From positions 37,138,001-37,202,000 of the forward strand of contig NC_045138.2 of assembly GCF_008831285.2 (NCBI RefSeq): 64,000 nt of DNA, read 5' to 3'. A program made the translations under genes and the position numbers. The DNA is from Nymphaea colorata (lineage: Eukaryota). Under the pieces are notes generated by a model. That model had not been told where the DNA came from, searched no databases, and was given only the letters and a program-made list of their open reading frames with translations. Below are positions 15,832-28,251 of this stretch, piece after piece. Within the stretch, counting starts at the first letter, position 1, and each line of letters begins with the position of its first letter.

Positions 15832-18800
15832 TTAGTTGGTAGTCCGAGCATTCACATCCAACGACATTTTGAACGTCTTTGCTTTCTTGAGACCCGCTGG
15901 AAGATTCTTGAGGACAGGAAGGCTAATGGAACGATTGTATATTCTGCGTTCACGAGCCGGCCTTCCTGATGCTGTCCTAGACAGGGTCCTTTGAGATGTT
16001 GAACTTTTGATGTTTATCCTGAAGCCATCAGAGTTCAGTATTTCGCTCAACTCGTCATCATCAAGCTCTTCATCAGACCTTGTCGAAGATTCTATCACGG
16101 ATCCGTCAAACTGATTTTTTTGCAACACGATATGAGTAAGAAAATTATTCATTTGATATTTAAAGGATGCAACTATACACTCAGAAGATTGAAGTTTTAC
16201 CTCATCTTCGCAGAGTTCTTGAGGGTCTTGTTCACTGGAACTGTCATCCGTATCAGGAAAAACCTCTTCTTCACTCTCTGATACTGCTAGTTCCTCGATG
16301 AGCTGACAAACACATTTATCTTTGTTAGTACAGCAAAAACATGGAACAAACAAAGAAAATGCTATAGTTTCGCACAAATAAGATAGCGCTCATGTAAGCT
16401 TGCAAGCGGCAAACAGAAAAAAGAAAAGCAGGTGGGAGAGAGGGGTATCATTTTTTTCTCATGGTTCAAGGGGGAAATTCTTCACAACAAACTTTTCTAA
16501 GCCCACGTTTTACATGCAACTGAAACATGTATGGAGATGGAGATTCGTGTTACAAGTTCCAATGTCACTCTCTGCCGGTCACATTAGATGGATCGCATGC
16601 ACATGAAAAGAAGAAAATGACATCTTATCTGTGGCTCTCTTTGGCAAATAATGAGACGGTTCCCAGAAACTACTTTGGGCCAACCATTTAAATATTTAAA
16701 TTATTTTCAGAAAAAGGGTAAAGTCATCAGTCCAGGTGGTACGAGATATACATTTTTTCTGAAAAGATAAAAAGGATTTCCATGATCATGTTCTTGGATG
16801 AGAGATCCCATGCTAACGAAATTTGCAAGCAAACTGTTGGCTCGGTCCGCTCGAGAACAAAAGGTGAAAAAGTACCAACAGTTTGGCATTTTATTAGAGA
16901 AACTTGAAAGAAAGATAGTTAGAAGTTTACTGCAGTAAAGCAATGTGAGGTAGGAAAATCAATAAGGACAGTTATCGTGAGAGAAAGAGAGGCAGCCTCC
17001 AATTTCCTGCAGCATATATAGCTAATCCAGAAAAAAGAACTCTTAGAGCTGAACTTACATCCTTTGCATGTCCTTCTGAACAGATTGGCGAGCTGGAGCA
17101 TGAGGAATATTGAGTTGACTCATCTCCGTCCACTTTTGAACCATTTAAGCTACTGGCGTAACTTGTCCCTTCCATGTCATTTGGCCAAGATCCAATACCA
17201 AAATTGCCGAACTGTACATTTACAGGCTCAGAAAGACCAATCTGCAAAGGTCCATATAGAGGACCCTCAACTGTATTATTACTACAATAAGTAGAATTAC
17301 ATGGTGAAGTCCTGTCACCATTGTTAGAGGAGAACGGCCATGCTTTGGAAACAGAACCATCGGAATTTACAATAGCCATAAGACGCCTTGAGGACCCTTG
17401 TCTCTGAATAATTTTGAACATGCACTTTGAACTTACTGAATTTGCATCACACTGCTTGTAATATTCATCACTTACTACCTTAACCGTATTTGTAGCCGTG
17501 TCACATAACCTTATTCCCATCTGCCGCTTCCTCAAACAGCTGAAAATGGTTGCATGTATAGCAGCCACACTTCTGTCAACATTTGTATTATTCACCTTGG
17601 GAACCATATGCTTTTCAGCTCGCTTGCATAAGTAGTCCTGTATTGTTCTTATATTTGAAATGTACTTGACGTACTTGTTCTTTTTTGGATCTAGAGTCAT
17701 GTACTTCGCACGAATTGCAAATCGCTCTAGGTGTTTCTCTTCATCTGATATATAAATCAGGAATGGTATAATGGATGGATGTTTCTTCATCAAACCCATC
17801 TGGAATTCAAGAAGAAAATATGCAAAATGGGAAAAACGTAAATCAGCTTGACAACATGCATGACAACTAATTCATTTAAGCACAAGTTTTTACCACAAAA
17901 TTAAGACTCAAATGTACTCCTTCAACTATCACTGATTCTTTATGGTCCTCCCATGTGGTAATCAGCTTGTCAAGGCTGTCCATTACCATTTCACTCTGTG
18001 CCTTGTAGCCCTCAACAGCCATAACCTTAGATCCAATGGCTTCAGTTGAACATACAATTTAGAAAAATGAGTTCCTTTAAAAGGCTTCAGATAAGTTCTC
18101 AAATGAAGAGACATTACCTGGTACGGAAATCATTTTTCCATCTTTTCTTTTAGCCTTGGCCTGAGCAACAGATGTGGGATCAAGGTATTCCCCAGCATGA
18201 TATGTTGAAGCCCATAACAGAGGATTATCCTTCTCATCTACAAAGCTCCTCATCATATGCCGAATTGAATCTGTAGATACAACAGTCGTAATTCCAAGTC
18301 TACTACCCTGTAAAAGCAACCGTCCACAGACATATCTGTAAATTCAGAATCCATAGTTCTCCTTATCAAAGGCAATAAACAAACTAATAAGATATGTTTT
18401 CATATGACAATCTATATGCGGGAATATCTGAAGTGGCAAAGTCTAGTGAAAAGTGCACGAGAAACTGAAAGCACAGGGTCTCTTTATCTTTATGATTCAT
18501 AACCTCCAAAATACTCATAAATTTTCATACTACATGAACCAGCCGACAATTGGGAGCCAGCTGCATAAAATAGTTGGCAAAAGCAAAATGGCTTTTTCCT
18601 ATGGCCACAAGTATATCTTCCCTTCTCCTGTCCGATTTATTCTTTTTTCTCAGCAGAAGATTATTCCTGGTCATTGTCCAAGGGTATAATTTGCACTATT
18701 AAGCAGCTTTTACTGCACTGTGATGACCAGATCCCTGTTATGGTGCACAAACAAATAAAAAGTAAACTAGCAGATAGTAGCTTTTGACAAACTAGGATTG

Positions 18801-20655
18801 ACAGTTCAAACCATGAAAGATAACCGCTGAGGTACAGTTTAAAACTTTAAACCAGGTTTTACATGGACCGATAAGGCCTATTGATGCCTGCAACTGAAAC
18901 TAGATCGATGTGAGCTTGCCATTTAAGGCCTTAGACACCTTCAAATTGATATCTACCTTCAAACGTATAAAAAACTTAAAGACATAACCAGAACTGTTGG
19001 ATCACAACATAGATCAAATGAGAATCGTAAGTTATTACCAGTAAAAAAGCTTACTAGTGACTTCAATAGTGGAAAACTAATGTAACCTATTGTGAAGAAA
19101 ATCACAACAACCAACATCAACAATATTAAAACAGCAAGAATGACTGCAATACCAGCAATGCTGAAAGAGTAGACTTGCCACATCCACTTGTGCCACAAAG
19201 CAAAATGGTGATAGAATTCCTCTTCTCACGTAACCTGTTAAATACGAATTTGTAAGTTAAATCCACATGTGCGTGTGATATTTTTGCACAGGTAGGGAGA
19301 GATGAAACTTTCGTGTGCATTTGGTCGGAAATTTTAACAAATATGAAAGGCAATATCAAAGACATGAAATTTCTGCTGGCTTTCAATTACTATTAGTGAA
19401 ACAGAAATTATAAGCATCTATAGAAACAGCATGCGTAGTGGATCAAGTAATTGATCATTAGTCAATAGGATATGTCTACACTTTCAGAGAAGGTTCATCA
19501 GTGTTTTGAGTTTCATCATAACTGGGGGAAAACGTTTAATGGCCAAGAACTATGGGAGATTAAATATCAAAGAGTATCAAGGAGGTAGAATGGATACTAG
19601 GAGATTGCATACAAATCTATTACATTATAACTGCTTTAGCCAATGGTGGTTCTATTTGCCTCAAATTCCCAAGTCATTCTGTGCAGGAACCTTGATGTCC
19701 TGCTGTTACGAGTGAAAAGAAATATGTTTTACAAGCAATCCTACTTCATTATGCTTGCTCTTTTTTCTGATGGGTATATTTGAAACCCATACACGTTAGA
19801 GAAATGCATGTAGCGACGAAGATGACACCAAGGAGTTGCAGAACATCAATATATATTAGCCTAATTTTGTACAACTGCAAACAACCTCTTCGAAAGCTAG
19901 ACTACATAAATTTTGCAAAGAGGACCGCAAAACATATTGCATGCCTTACACAAGACTGCTCAAGATATTGCCTTATAGAAGTTGAGTTACAAGAAAATAC
20001 CTGCAGGCAAGAAGTATATCTGAACGTTGACTAGGTCCCACATAGTGATATTGCGTAAGAGAATCACATATCACATCCAAAAACTTTTCCCTCTTCACAA
20101 TAGCCATAGCATTTCTTTTGTAAAGATCAAACAATTTATTTTTACTGGAGAAAACACCATCCACGTCCTCAGATATTTCAATGTTCGATTCTTTTACATT
20201 CCTAAAATATTTCTCCGATTCTCTGGGCAGAACCCTGGCAGTTGTAGCTGCATTTTCCTTCACAGACGCTTCAAGAGTGCTATTTTTGTGTTCATTTTCC
20301 AAAAGGTCGAATACTCTTCTGCTAATCTTATGATAAGACAAGAGTTGTCAGCATTTAAGTGTAAACAATATAAAGGAAAAAGGAACAAACAAGATCTGCA
20401 TAAAACGCTAACAAGTGCCTCCAAGAAAAACAATGGTTACAGACGGAAAAGGGGAATGGATGCATCAAACGGTACCTTATATGCGTGATTTGCTTTGCAG
20501 CCAGCCAGCTGCAACATACTCTGCAGATCTGTAAGCGTATATGAAGATGAATAGGTTGCACGAGGATGTTGACAAACTCCTCCGGCCCCATTATCTTCTT
20601 TCTCTTTATCATAATCAACCACCACAACATAACTGAGCTTCCGCGAAACTGCCAT
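15832..20655 (-). CDS. LPA1: LPA1-like P-loop NTPase (2-phosphoglycerate-kinase-like, low phytic acid 1 family), ~711 aa if the 78-nt segment 18040-18117 is spliced out
   Basis: Exons (minus) 20655-20476, 20326-20001, 19234-19153, 18307-18118, 18039-17894, 17799-17059, 16302-15832. Walker [77 protein letters not shown]...[16 protein letters not shown]. Probable 5'UTR intron ~20683-21482. Confidence 0.88.
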
Positions 20656-23600
20656 CTTCAGGCAGCCCAAACTGCTGGTTATCTGCTTGTGGAAAAAAGA
20701 AAGTTCTTTCAGATGTCAATTCGAAAACAAAGCACAGCAATAAGAGAGATGGTCCATTTTAAATCCCATTAACTAGAACGAGAGATCGTGTAGACGCCGT
20801 GCATATCTTAGCCACCTAAGGCAAAACAGCGGAGAAGTGAATCCGTTGAACAATATGCATGCCTTCCGGCGTCAGCAATGTAACTAAAAGCCTAAAATCA
20901 ATCATCCGTTTAACGTATAAAGCCACTCAAAAACCACGAATAAACATAAAAACACAAAGGGTGTAGACGTTATATCACGCCATGAATCATAGCACCATCA
21001 TCCACAAAATACCCACTTCCCACCATGGGAAAAGATCTACAAACAAATCCACTTAATAGCGTCACGCGTGTTCTGTGAGCCAGCGATGGAAGAAAAAGTC
21101 TACTTTACCTACTACGATATACATTTAACGATAAATCCTATTATGGAAACATCAAAATCCATATGCAAACAAGGAAGCAGCATTTATGTTTGCACCTTTC
21201 ACGAATTCCAAAATGTGTAGCTGAAGTAACAATATTTCAGCAGGAAGCCAACTCGAAGAAAAAATAAGTGGACGAGAAAAGGCAACCACGACAAGGAAAA
21301 CCAACTGGAAGAGAACAAAATGCTCATAAAAAAAGCTGACGACTACAAAGATAACCAATACGACCTTTCACCGAATCAGCGGAGGATCAACCGAAGGAAA
21401 ATAAATGCATGGGAGAGATGTAAGGACTCTGAGATCAGCACACACCACGAAAGGCCAATCTAAATATACAGGAGAACATAACCGGCAGCAAATGGCTACA
21501 GCATAAATAGAGCTCCCCCTCAATTATGTCGCACGAGAAGAGAGCGAGAGCGAGAGCGAGAGCGCCTTGATCCCAACGAAATGGGGGGGCAGAGACTACC
21601 ATGATGCCATCGAAATGGGGAGGGGGGTTCTCGTTTCCTTCCTCCCAGGGGGGGAAGTTTTAGGAAGATCCTGCAAGTGGGAGGAAACCGATTCCATCCT
21701 CCCAACCCACCGACCTTTGACGACGACGTGCGCCCCTTATAAGTCAGAGAGAGAGAGAGACAGAACGCAGTATTTGACTGCCGTTCCCAGAAACCAAAAT
21801 TCGCCATCACGAGATCGGCCCCTTCACGCGCGCGCATGCATATGGGAGTCCGCCAAGCTGTTTCGCCGTCTTCTACCTTCTTCCTATTTTTTTTTTTCAC
21901 TCCCACCGCTTCCCAAAGGGCAGTGGAAAAAAAAAGGAGGAAACGTGAAGAACAAAATCTCCCGATAAAATTATTTTTCTGTGCGAAACGAGAAAATCTA
22001 AATATCTAAAAATCGTGCGGAATAAATTTCACGCTTAAAGCATCGTGTCCCTTTCAGGACCCTCGGTCAGCATCTAATTCTTTTCCCACTTCTTTTTCTC
22101 GCAGTTGCAAATTTTCTAAATCTGAGCCATGAAGATAACTTTGATAAGCATCGATGATCGCTCCTTTGACGCGATAAACTATTAAAGTTTTCAGTGTGGT
22201 CGGAATCCATTTCGGCGTTATATCGCGTGATACTAAAACAAGATATCTCTTTTCTTCCTCATCGGTTCCATAGTCAATATTGTTTTGGTCAAATTTTCGA
22301 GACTCCTTGGAACCTGTTTCTTTATGCACATGTCACTTGCCATGAAAATGTACAAAAGGTAAAGACGGTTTCTGCGTTGTTGCTTACAAGTTGGTGCAAA
22401 TGAGAACTCTTCTTTGATTCCCCTATTCTATTGCTTCTTGACGTGCAAAACAATCTACGATCCCCACCACCTCAGTATTTTGATGGAACGCCAGCAAGGA
22501 ATGCATTCCTACAAATTAACAAAATAATTCACAAACACAACCTTTATACGGATCAAAAGAATCAAAACATATCTAAAAAAGTACAGAAAACATCTCTTGA
22601 GTAAAGACTTGTTTACAATTCATATATGACCATGATATTGCCTTTCTGTTAGGTGTGGTAGTAAAAGTGAAAGGCACAGAGAGAAAGAGAGCTTTAGACG
22701 TATCTAACTTAAAATATGACTTTGTGAAATTCTTTCTTCTTGTAGAACTTCTCTTTTCTTAAAGAGAAAACAAAAAACTTTTTAAGCATCTTCTAACAAT
22801 TTTCATTCATGACGGAGGCACTTATCCACGTTCGTATTTTGACAATTTTATAAGGATTTTTTCTAAGTTTCATCTTTACCCTCTTGGGGAGAGGGGTCTT
22901 CCATTTAACTAGCTGAGGTATTTTAATCCTTTTGCAATTCATAACACATGGCCCCTTATTAAGGACAACGACATATAACCTGCTCTATTCACGAAGCAGG
23001 TTAAACTTATCCTTCTATAACTCCTCAAACATTAGCTATGTAAATACATTAAAATAAGCAGGGCAGTTATTTGTAATTTTTTCTAAAAATTAAAATGATA
23101 GGACGGTAGGCCAAATGGTTTGTTATATCACCCTTTTTCTATGTGTTCTGAAATGCCTACTGTTCGTTCCGATGCGAATCTGCAGGGAGTAAGGCCTCCT
23201 AAGCCTTTTATTCAACAAAAAATTGGCAGCCTACCGTTCGTTCAATTTATCAAATCATAGGATACCACTACTGTGTCCTTGATCACTGCAATTGACGGTG
23301 AAGATATTAGAACACATACACGGTGACTGATGTGCCTTGATAAATTCACGACGGGTCAAAGCAGCAGTGTACACGACAAGCTACTTGGTGATATATATCC
23401 TTTGTAAAGGAGTCAAAGATAAAAAGGAGGAGAGTGAGAGCCAAAGTCGCCAATATTGCTTATAGAAAGCTTTCACCTTCTCTGCTTTCTAAAAAGAATG
23501 AGACTGGTAGCTAAGCCCACCACGCAAAGGCCCACGTTTCTTTCTTTTCGATATCTTGAGTCCCACCAACCGAAGCTGGGCTTTGGACTTCTTGTCGCTG

Positions 23601-25366
23601 TCAGGCTCGAGCTCAGTCCATCCCTTGTCGTGAACACGAACTTGATGACCCGCTTATTATGAACTGAGCTGGTCCGGTTCAGGTGAAGCTCAGATTACCA
23701 ATCAAGTCAAAACTGCTTTTCTTTTCTCATAGCAAAAAAAAAAAAAAGAAGAAAAAGTTGCTCGAGTTGACCAACCTATGCACCTGTTAGGAAAAGGAAA
23801 ACTTTGCAGCTGTCCTATAATCCCCTTTAATATGAAAGTCCTCTACCAAATAAAGAAGATATTAGCAAGTTCAGTACCAACCAAGAGACATCAAAGCTGG
23901 GTACGCTCTTACGACTATAACAACTATGCCGAAGAAATGTTCTGTTCACACGACCAGATGATGTAGAAAGACGAATGAAAAGAAATTGAGGGAGCAGAGG
24001 AGACCACTACATAGAAACGTTTAACCACTAAAAGCTGGTCTAATTTCCTAATAGAGTTTCCCAATTGAATAGTTCCAACCAAGGAGAATAAGTCAATTAT
24101 TTAACCAAACAGCCGAATAATAAAACTGTACAAAATATGACTGCTAATGTGAAACAAAGAACCTATGTTTGAACATGCAGTTAAAAGTTTAATTCCGACA
24201 AGATTCTTTTTGGTCGTTCGTTATTTCATCTTACTAAATAATAATACCCTATCTCATCACACATGTTGGTCCCAGAAACCAGGTCCGTCCATTTGAACCA
24301 CCAATGTTGTTGCAGGCGCCAGACTTGCCAAACCAGGAGGTGCAGATCTATCATTCCCAGTGTAAAGCTGTCAATACTCCATCATTGTCCGTCAAGAAAA
24401 AGTTCCCAATTGCTTGGAAGTAACAGCAAAAGATGTGCCACCAGGTAGTAAACTCTAGACCTCTTGCAACCAGAGGCTCTTCTATGCACAGATGAGGCTT
24501 ATGTTGAAAGGCCATCAAAGGGCTACCTGTGTTTCATCTAGATACACCCAACACGAAAGCATGCAAGTTCAACTCAGATTCAAATCCAGTTTGAAAATTC
24601 AAATAAAAAGATGGCAAAGCCCATATACCATACAAAAAAAATTAAGTTTCTGGATCTAAAAATTCATTGATAATAGTCTACACAACAAAGACATGCCGAC
24701 ATGGATAAGAAGGTAGATACAATACCAACATGACATAGTTTACTTTTAGAAAGTTAGGATAAGAAATCCGGTATTTCCTGGTAAATATTCCACAAGATAC
24801 ACTAACTCTTAGATAACATACACTTTTGACAGCATCTACAATAGTTGGGTGTGTTCCAATGCAACATGAAACCATAGTAACAGATCTCATCTGCAGGAAA
24901 ATTTTAACAAGGAAAAAACAAATTAAAATATCAAAATTTGTCAGGAAAAAACATAGCACACAATATAAAAATATTTTCACATTTCTAAATGCATGAGATC
25001 CATTCTTAGCAACAATGGCTTAAAAACAAGTTTAGCAAAATATGGATAAGGACTTACACAGGCACACACAAAATATAATATATAATTTTCATAATATAAA
25101 TGTATCATTTTCAGAATAAGCAATATTCTCAGGATACCATGTTTTCCGTCAGCATACATTTGACCTTTGAAAATATCATGATAAAATTATGATCTTTTAA
25201 AGAGACAACATAATATTCGTGAATGCATAACAACTACTGGATCTGGCAATAATTTAAAAGAAGACCAGCACATGGATGAGGATTTTTCTCCCTATGATCG
25301 TTTAACTTGTCATCCTTTAAAACAACGAAACCTTATTACAAAATGAGGGGTACAACATGAATCACC

Positions 25367-28251
25367 TCATGCATGCTTGAAGGCTTTCATGCTCAGCCAG
25401 TGCAAATAAACAGCTACCACAAGAACAGGAAGAGTGACAGGCACCAAGAGGCAATAATACCTAACAGGAGAACAAAACAATAAGATGACAATGAGAATCA
25501 ATGGAGATACTTAATAGCTTTTGGTTGTAAACAAATCTGAGAAAAATATCTAAAGGTTTTCCTTTCAGATGTTCCCAGGATAAAATCCACAAGCTTGTGA
25601 AGCAGGTGCTTCATTGTGTCCTCATTAACTGGCTACTGGCTTAGGGTCATGTTGTGATGAAAATTTGCGAGGTCCATGTAATCATACAGCAGGCAAGGTA
25701 ACATTTTGAAAGTCATCTCCTGCAACTAGTTAATAAAGGTATCTAAAATAGTAGCAAAAGTATTGAATAAAAGCAGCAGCATAATTTAGGTGATGGGCTA
25801 AAAAATGTGGAATGCACACCATCGGTCCTGATCACCACCACTTCAATATCTAGTTGACTTTCAATGACAATGAACGAGCTGAACAGTTTGAATTCATATT
25901 TCTTGCTTTGATCTTGTCCTCGTTATCATATGGACTGTGCCATAATTAATGCACTATAATCATTATTAAATTATTCCTTCACTAGCATCATTCAAGTTGA
26001 CCTCATTTTAGAAATGATTCTCTTAGTAATGCTGTAGCTAAAGCTAGTCAACGAACCCAAGAGATTATTTCCAGAAAAAAGGTGAAATCTCAAACCCTAA
26101 ATAGAAATGGATTTCCCCTGGCTATAAGTGCGTTTTTTCCACCTCAGGTGTCAAGCATGTAGGACCTTATTTTCTACGTTAGTTGTATTAGAGCCAGGCA
26201 CTGTACCATCCATCAGCCCACTTTGTAATTACAGTGGCAAAAGAATAAATGCACATGCTAGTATCTTGGCTTATTGCAAAATCGCAAGGGCAATTACTCT
26301 TAGTCAAAGTTCTGCCGCTAGAAATATTCATGCAAGTTGAGCTGCTTGACAGTTAAGACCATTGCCACAAATATCATTTTCAGGTATAAAACGGTGAGTT
26401 TTTTCTCAGATATAATATGGCAAAGTTGTTTTTCTTGGTAAAATTTCGGCAAATTTTTAAAAAAGCTATAAATAAAATGTGAAAAATGTGAATAAAAAAT
26501 CTGGTAATTAAAAAATATATAAAAAGTGAAAAAACGAAAAAATACAAAAAAGCGTGAAAATGTAAAAAAATGCAAAAGAACGGGAATAAAATGCAAATAA
26601 AACATGAATAAAATGTGTTTTTTTTTGTGTTTTCTTCATTTTGACTTTTTTCTCCAGAACATATCTTCTTCTCATAGCAGCTAGATGCCAGCAAGAGAAT
26701 TTTCAAAAAAATGTGTTTTTTCCCATTTTTAATGGCTGACTCATTTTTAATGTTTTTTGCATTTCTTTTTAATAAATGAGTTTTTTGTGACAGTGGATAA
26801 GACCACAATGAGTCTTCATAGGAACAGTCAAGCTAGCTGAGATGCTTAGCAGCCAATGCGACAAGGATTATTCATGCTAACCACTGGTACCAGTGAAACA
26901 CGAGGATTATGAACATTAGCCAGGGCCAATAGCAAAACACACTCTCAACTGCACATGTTGCATGTGTTAACATCAATCATACTAAATGAGAACTTATTAC
27001 GAACAGTAAGAGGAAATATAACACTCAGAATTGTGGCGTAGACACCTCATCGAGCTTCATAGGGAAACTTAGCAGGTTGATGGGCTGCATGCATCAAGGC
27101 TTCATATTTCCTAGTCCATCAAAATGTTTGGCTTCTGAGAGAATATTTTCCTCTTCATTATCATGCAGTTGGTTTTTCAAATGGTCACCAATAAACAGTT
27201 GGTGTATGTTGTAAGAGTTTGCATTAGCTGTTCCAGAGACCAAAAACACGACATACCCACATTTTATCCTTGAAAAGATCAGTATTTTTTTTCCACTCAC
27301 ATGCATATTTATGGCACCTATAGGAAATACACCTGAACAAGTGCCATTCTCTTCCAAGCTGCAAATGCAACAGAGACAGAAATGGACAACGAATCCCATT
27401 TGGCGGATAGCCAGAAAGAGAAAGTTTTCAACATAAACAAACTTAAAAGAGAGGTATGAGGCGATGAAAGGAAACTCTATATTAGAGACATAAAACTGGA
27501 CAACAGTTCTGCCAAATTTTAAATAGATCAATACAAGATGAAAGTCCATAAGAAGGGGAAAAAGAAAATAGCAACAGATATATGAAAACATTATAAAATA
27601 ATGGTCATAGAATGAATTATTCCCTTGATGGCCAGGCATTCAAGTCTTTAAAAGAGAAAAGCCTGAAAAGGACAAGAAAAAGATGACTATAAAGTATAAA
27701 CTGTCCCAGACACAAGAACAAAAAAGAATGCTCTTCCAGTGAAATATTATGCGCCATAAGGTATACTACAGTAGGAATTGCAAAATAAAAAATAAGTGCA
27801 TGCCAATATTTATGTGATATTTCCCAAAGAACAAGTCCGAAACAACGAAAGACACATTTGATGACACAAAAGCATCTCTATTACAGACACCAAAATACTT
27901 GAGTGACACCAGAAGCTGCAAGAGTAATAAAAAAGAGTCATCCCATACATAGTAATATGTCTTGAAAGTTGGATCAATCAAATGTACCAGTCATTGAGAA
28001 AGTTTACTAAAATGCATGCTGCCAATTTTTTTGGATTTTACCATAAGGACGTACCTGTCATTCTGAATGGCAGATAAGATATGATTTTCAGAAGAGGGTA
28101 GCAGCTTGGATAGAATAGCAACATAGAAGAATCCCAGAAAAAAAATGAATCCAGATAAGAGTAATGTTACTCCTATTATCTTCAAGCCTGCTTCCGCCTG
28201 AATGTGTGGAGGCGATATTGGCAGTTTCAAGATTTGAGGGTCCTTGTCCAT
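25367..28251 (-). CDS. PIGY: PIG-Y family GPI-GlcNAc transferase subunit (2 coding exons, ~96 aa, two TM helices)
   Basis: Exons 28251-28055 and 25460-25367: ...GFIFFLGFFYVAILSKLLPSSENHILSAIQNDR|YYCLLVPVTLPVLVVAVYLHWLSMKAFKHA*. This matches the DxYYCLLVP...WLSMKxFKHA pattern of plant PIG-Y proteins. Probable non-coding first exon ends at 31435 (donor GAG|GTATTT). Confidence 0.88.
26360..26795. mobile_element. Non-autonomous hAT-like MITE in the PIG-Y intron
   Basis: Imperfect TIRs CATTGCCACAAA / TTTGTGACAGTG; 8-bp TSD GTTAAGAC (26352-26359) / GATAAGAC (26796-26803); very AT-rich interior; similar to the element at 35999. Confidence 0.8.

Noticed and set aside
26318..26808. Phe/Lys-rich ORFs of 95 and 142 aa
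   Set aside because: Low-complexity translation of the AT-rich MITE.
27094..27639. 181-aa minus-strand ORF within the PIG-Y intron
   Set aside because: Composition reflects T-rich intron sequence; no recognisable motif.
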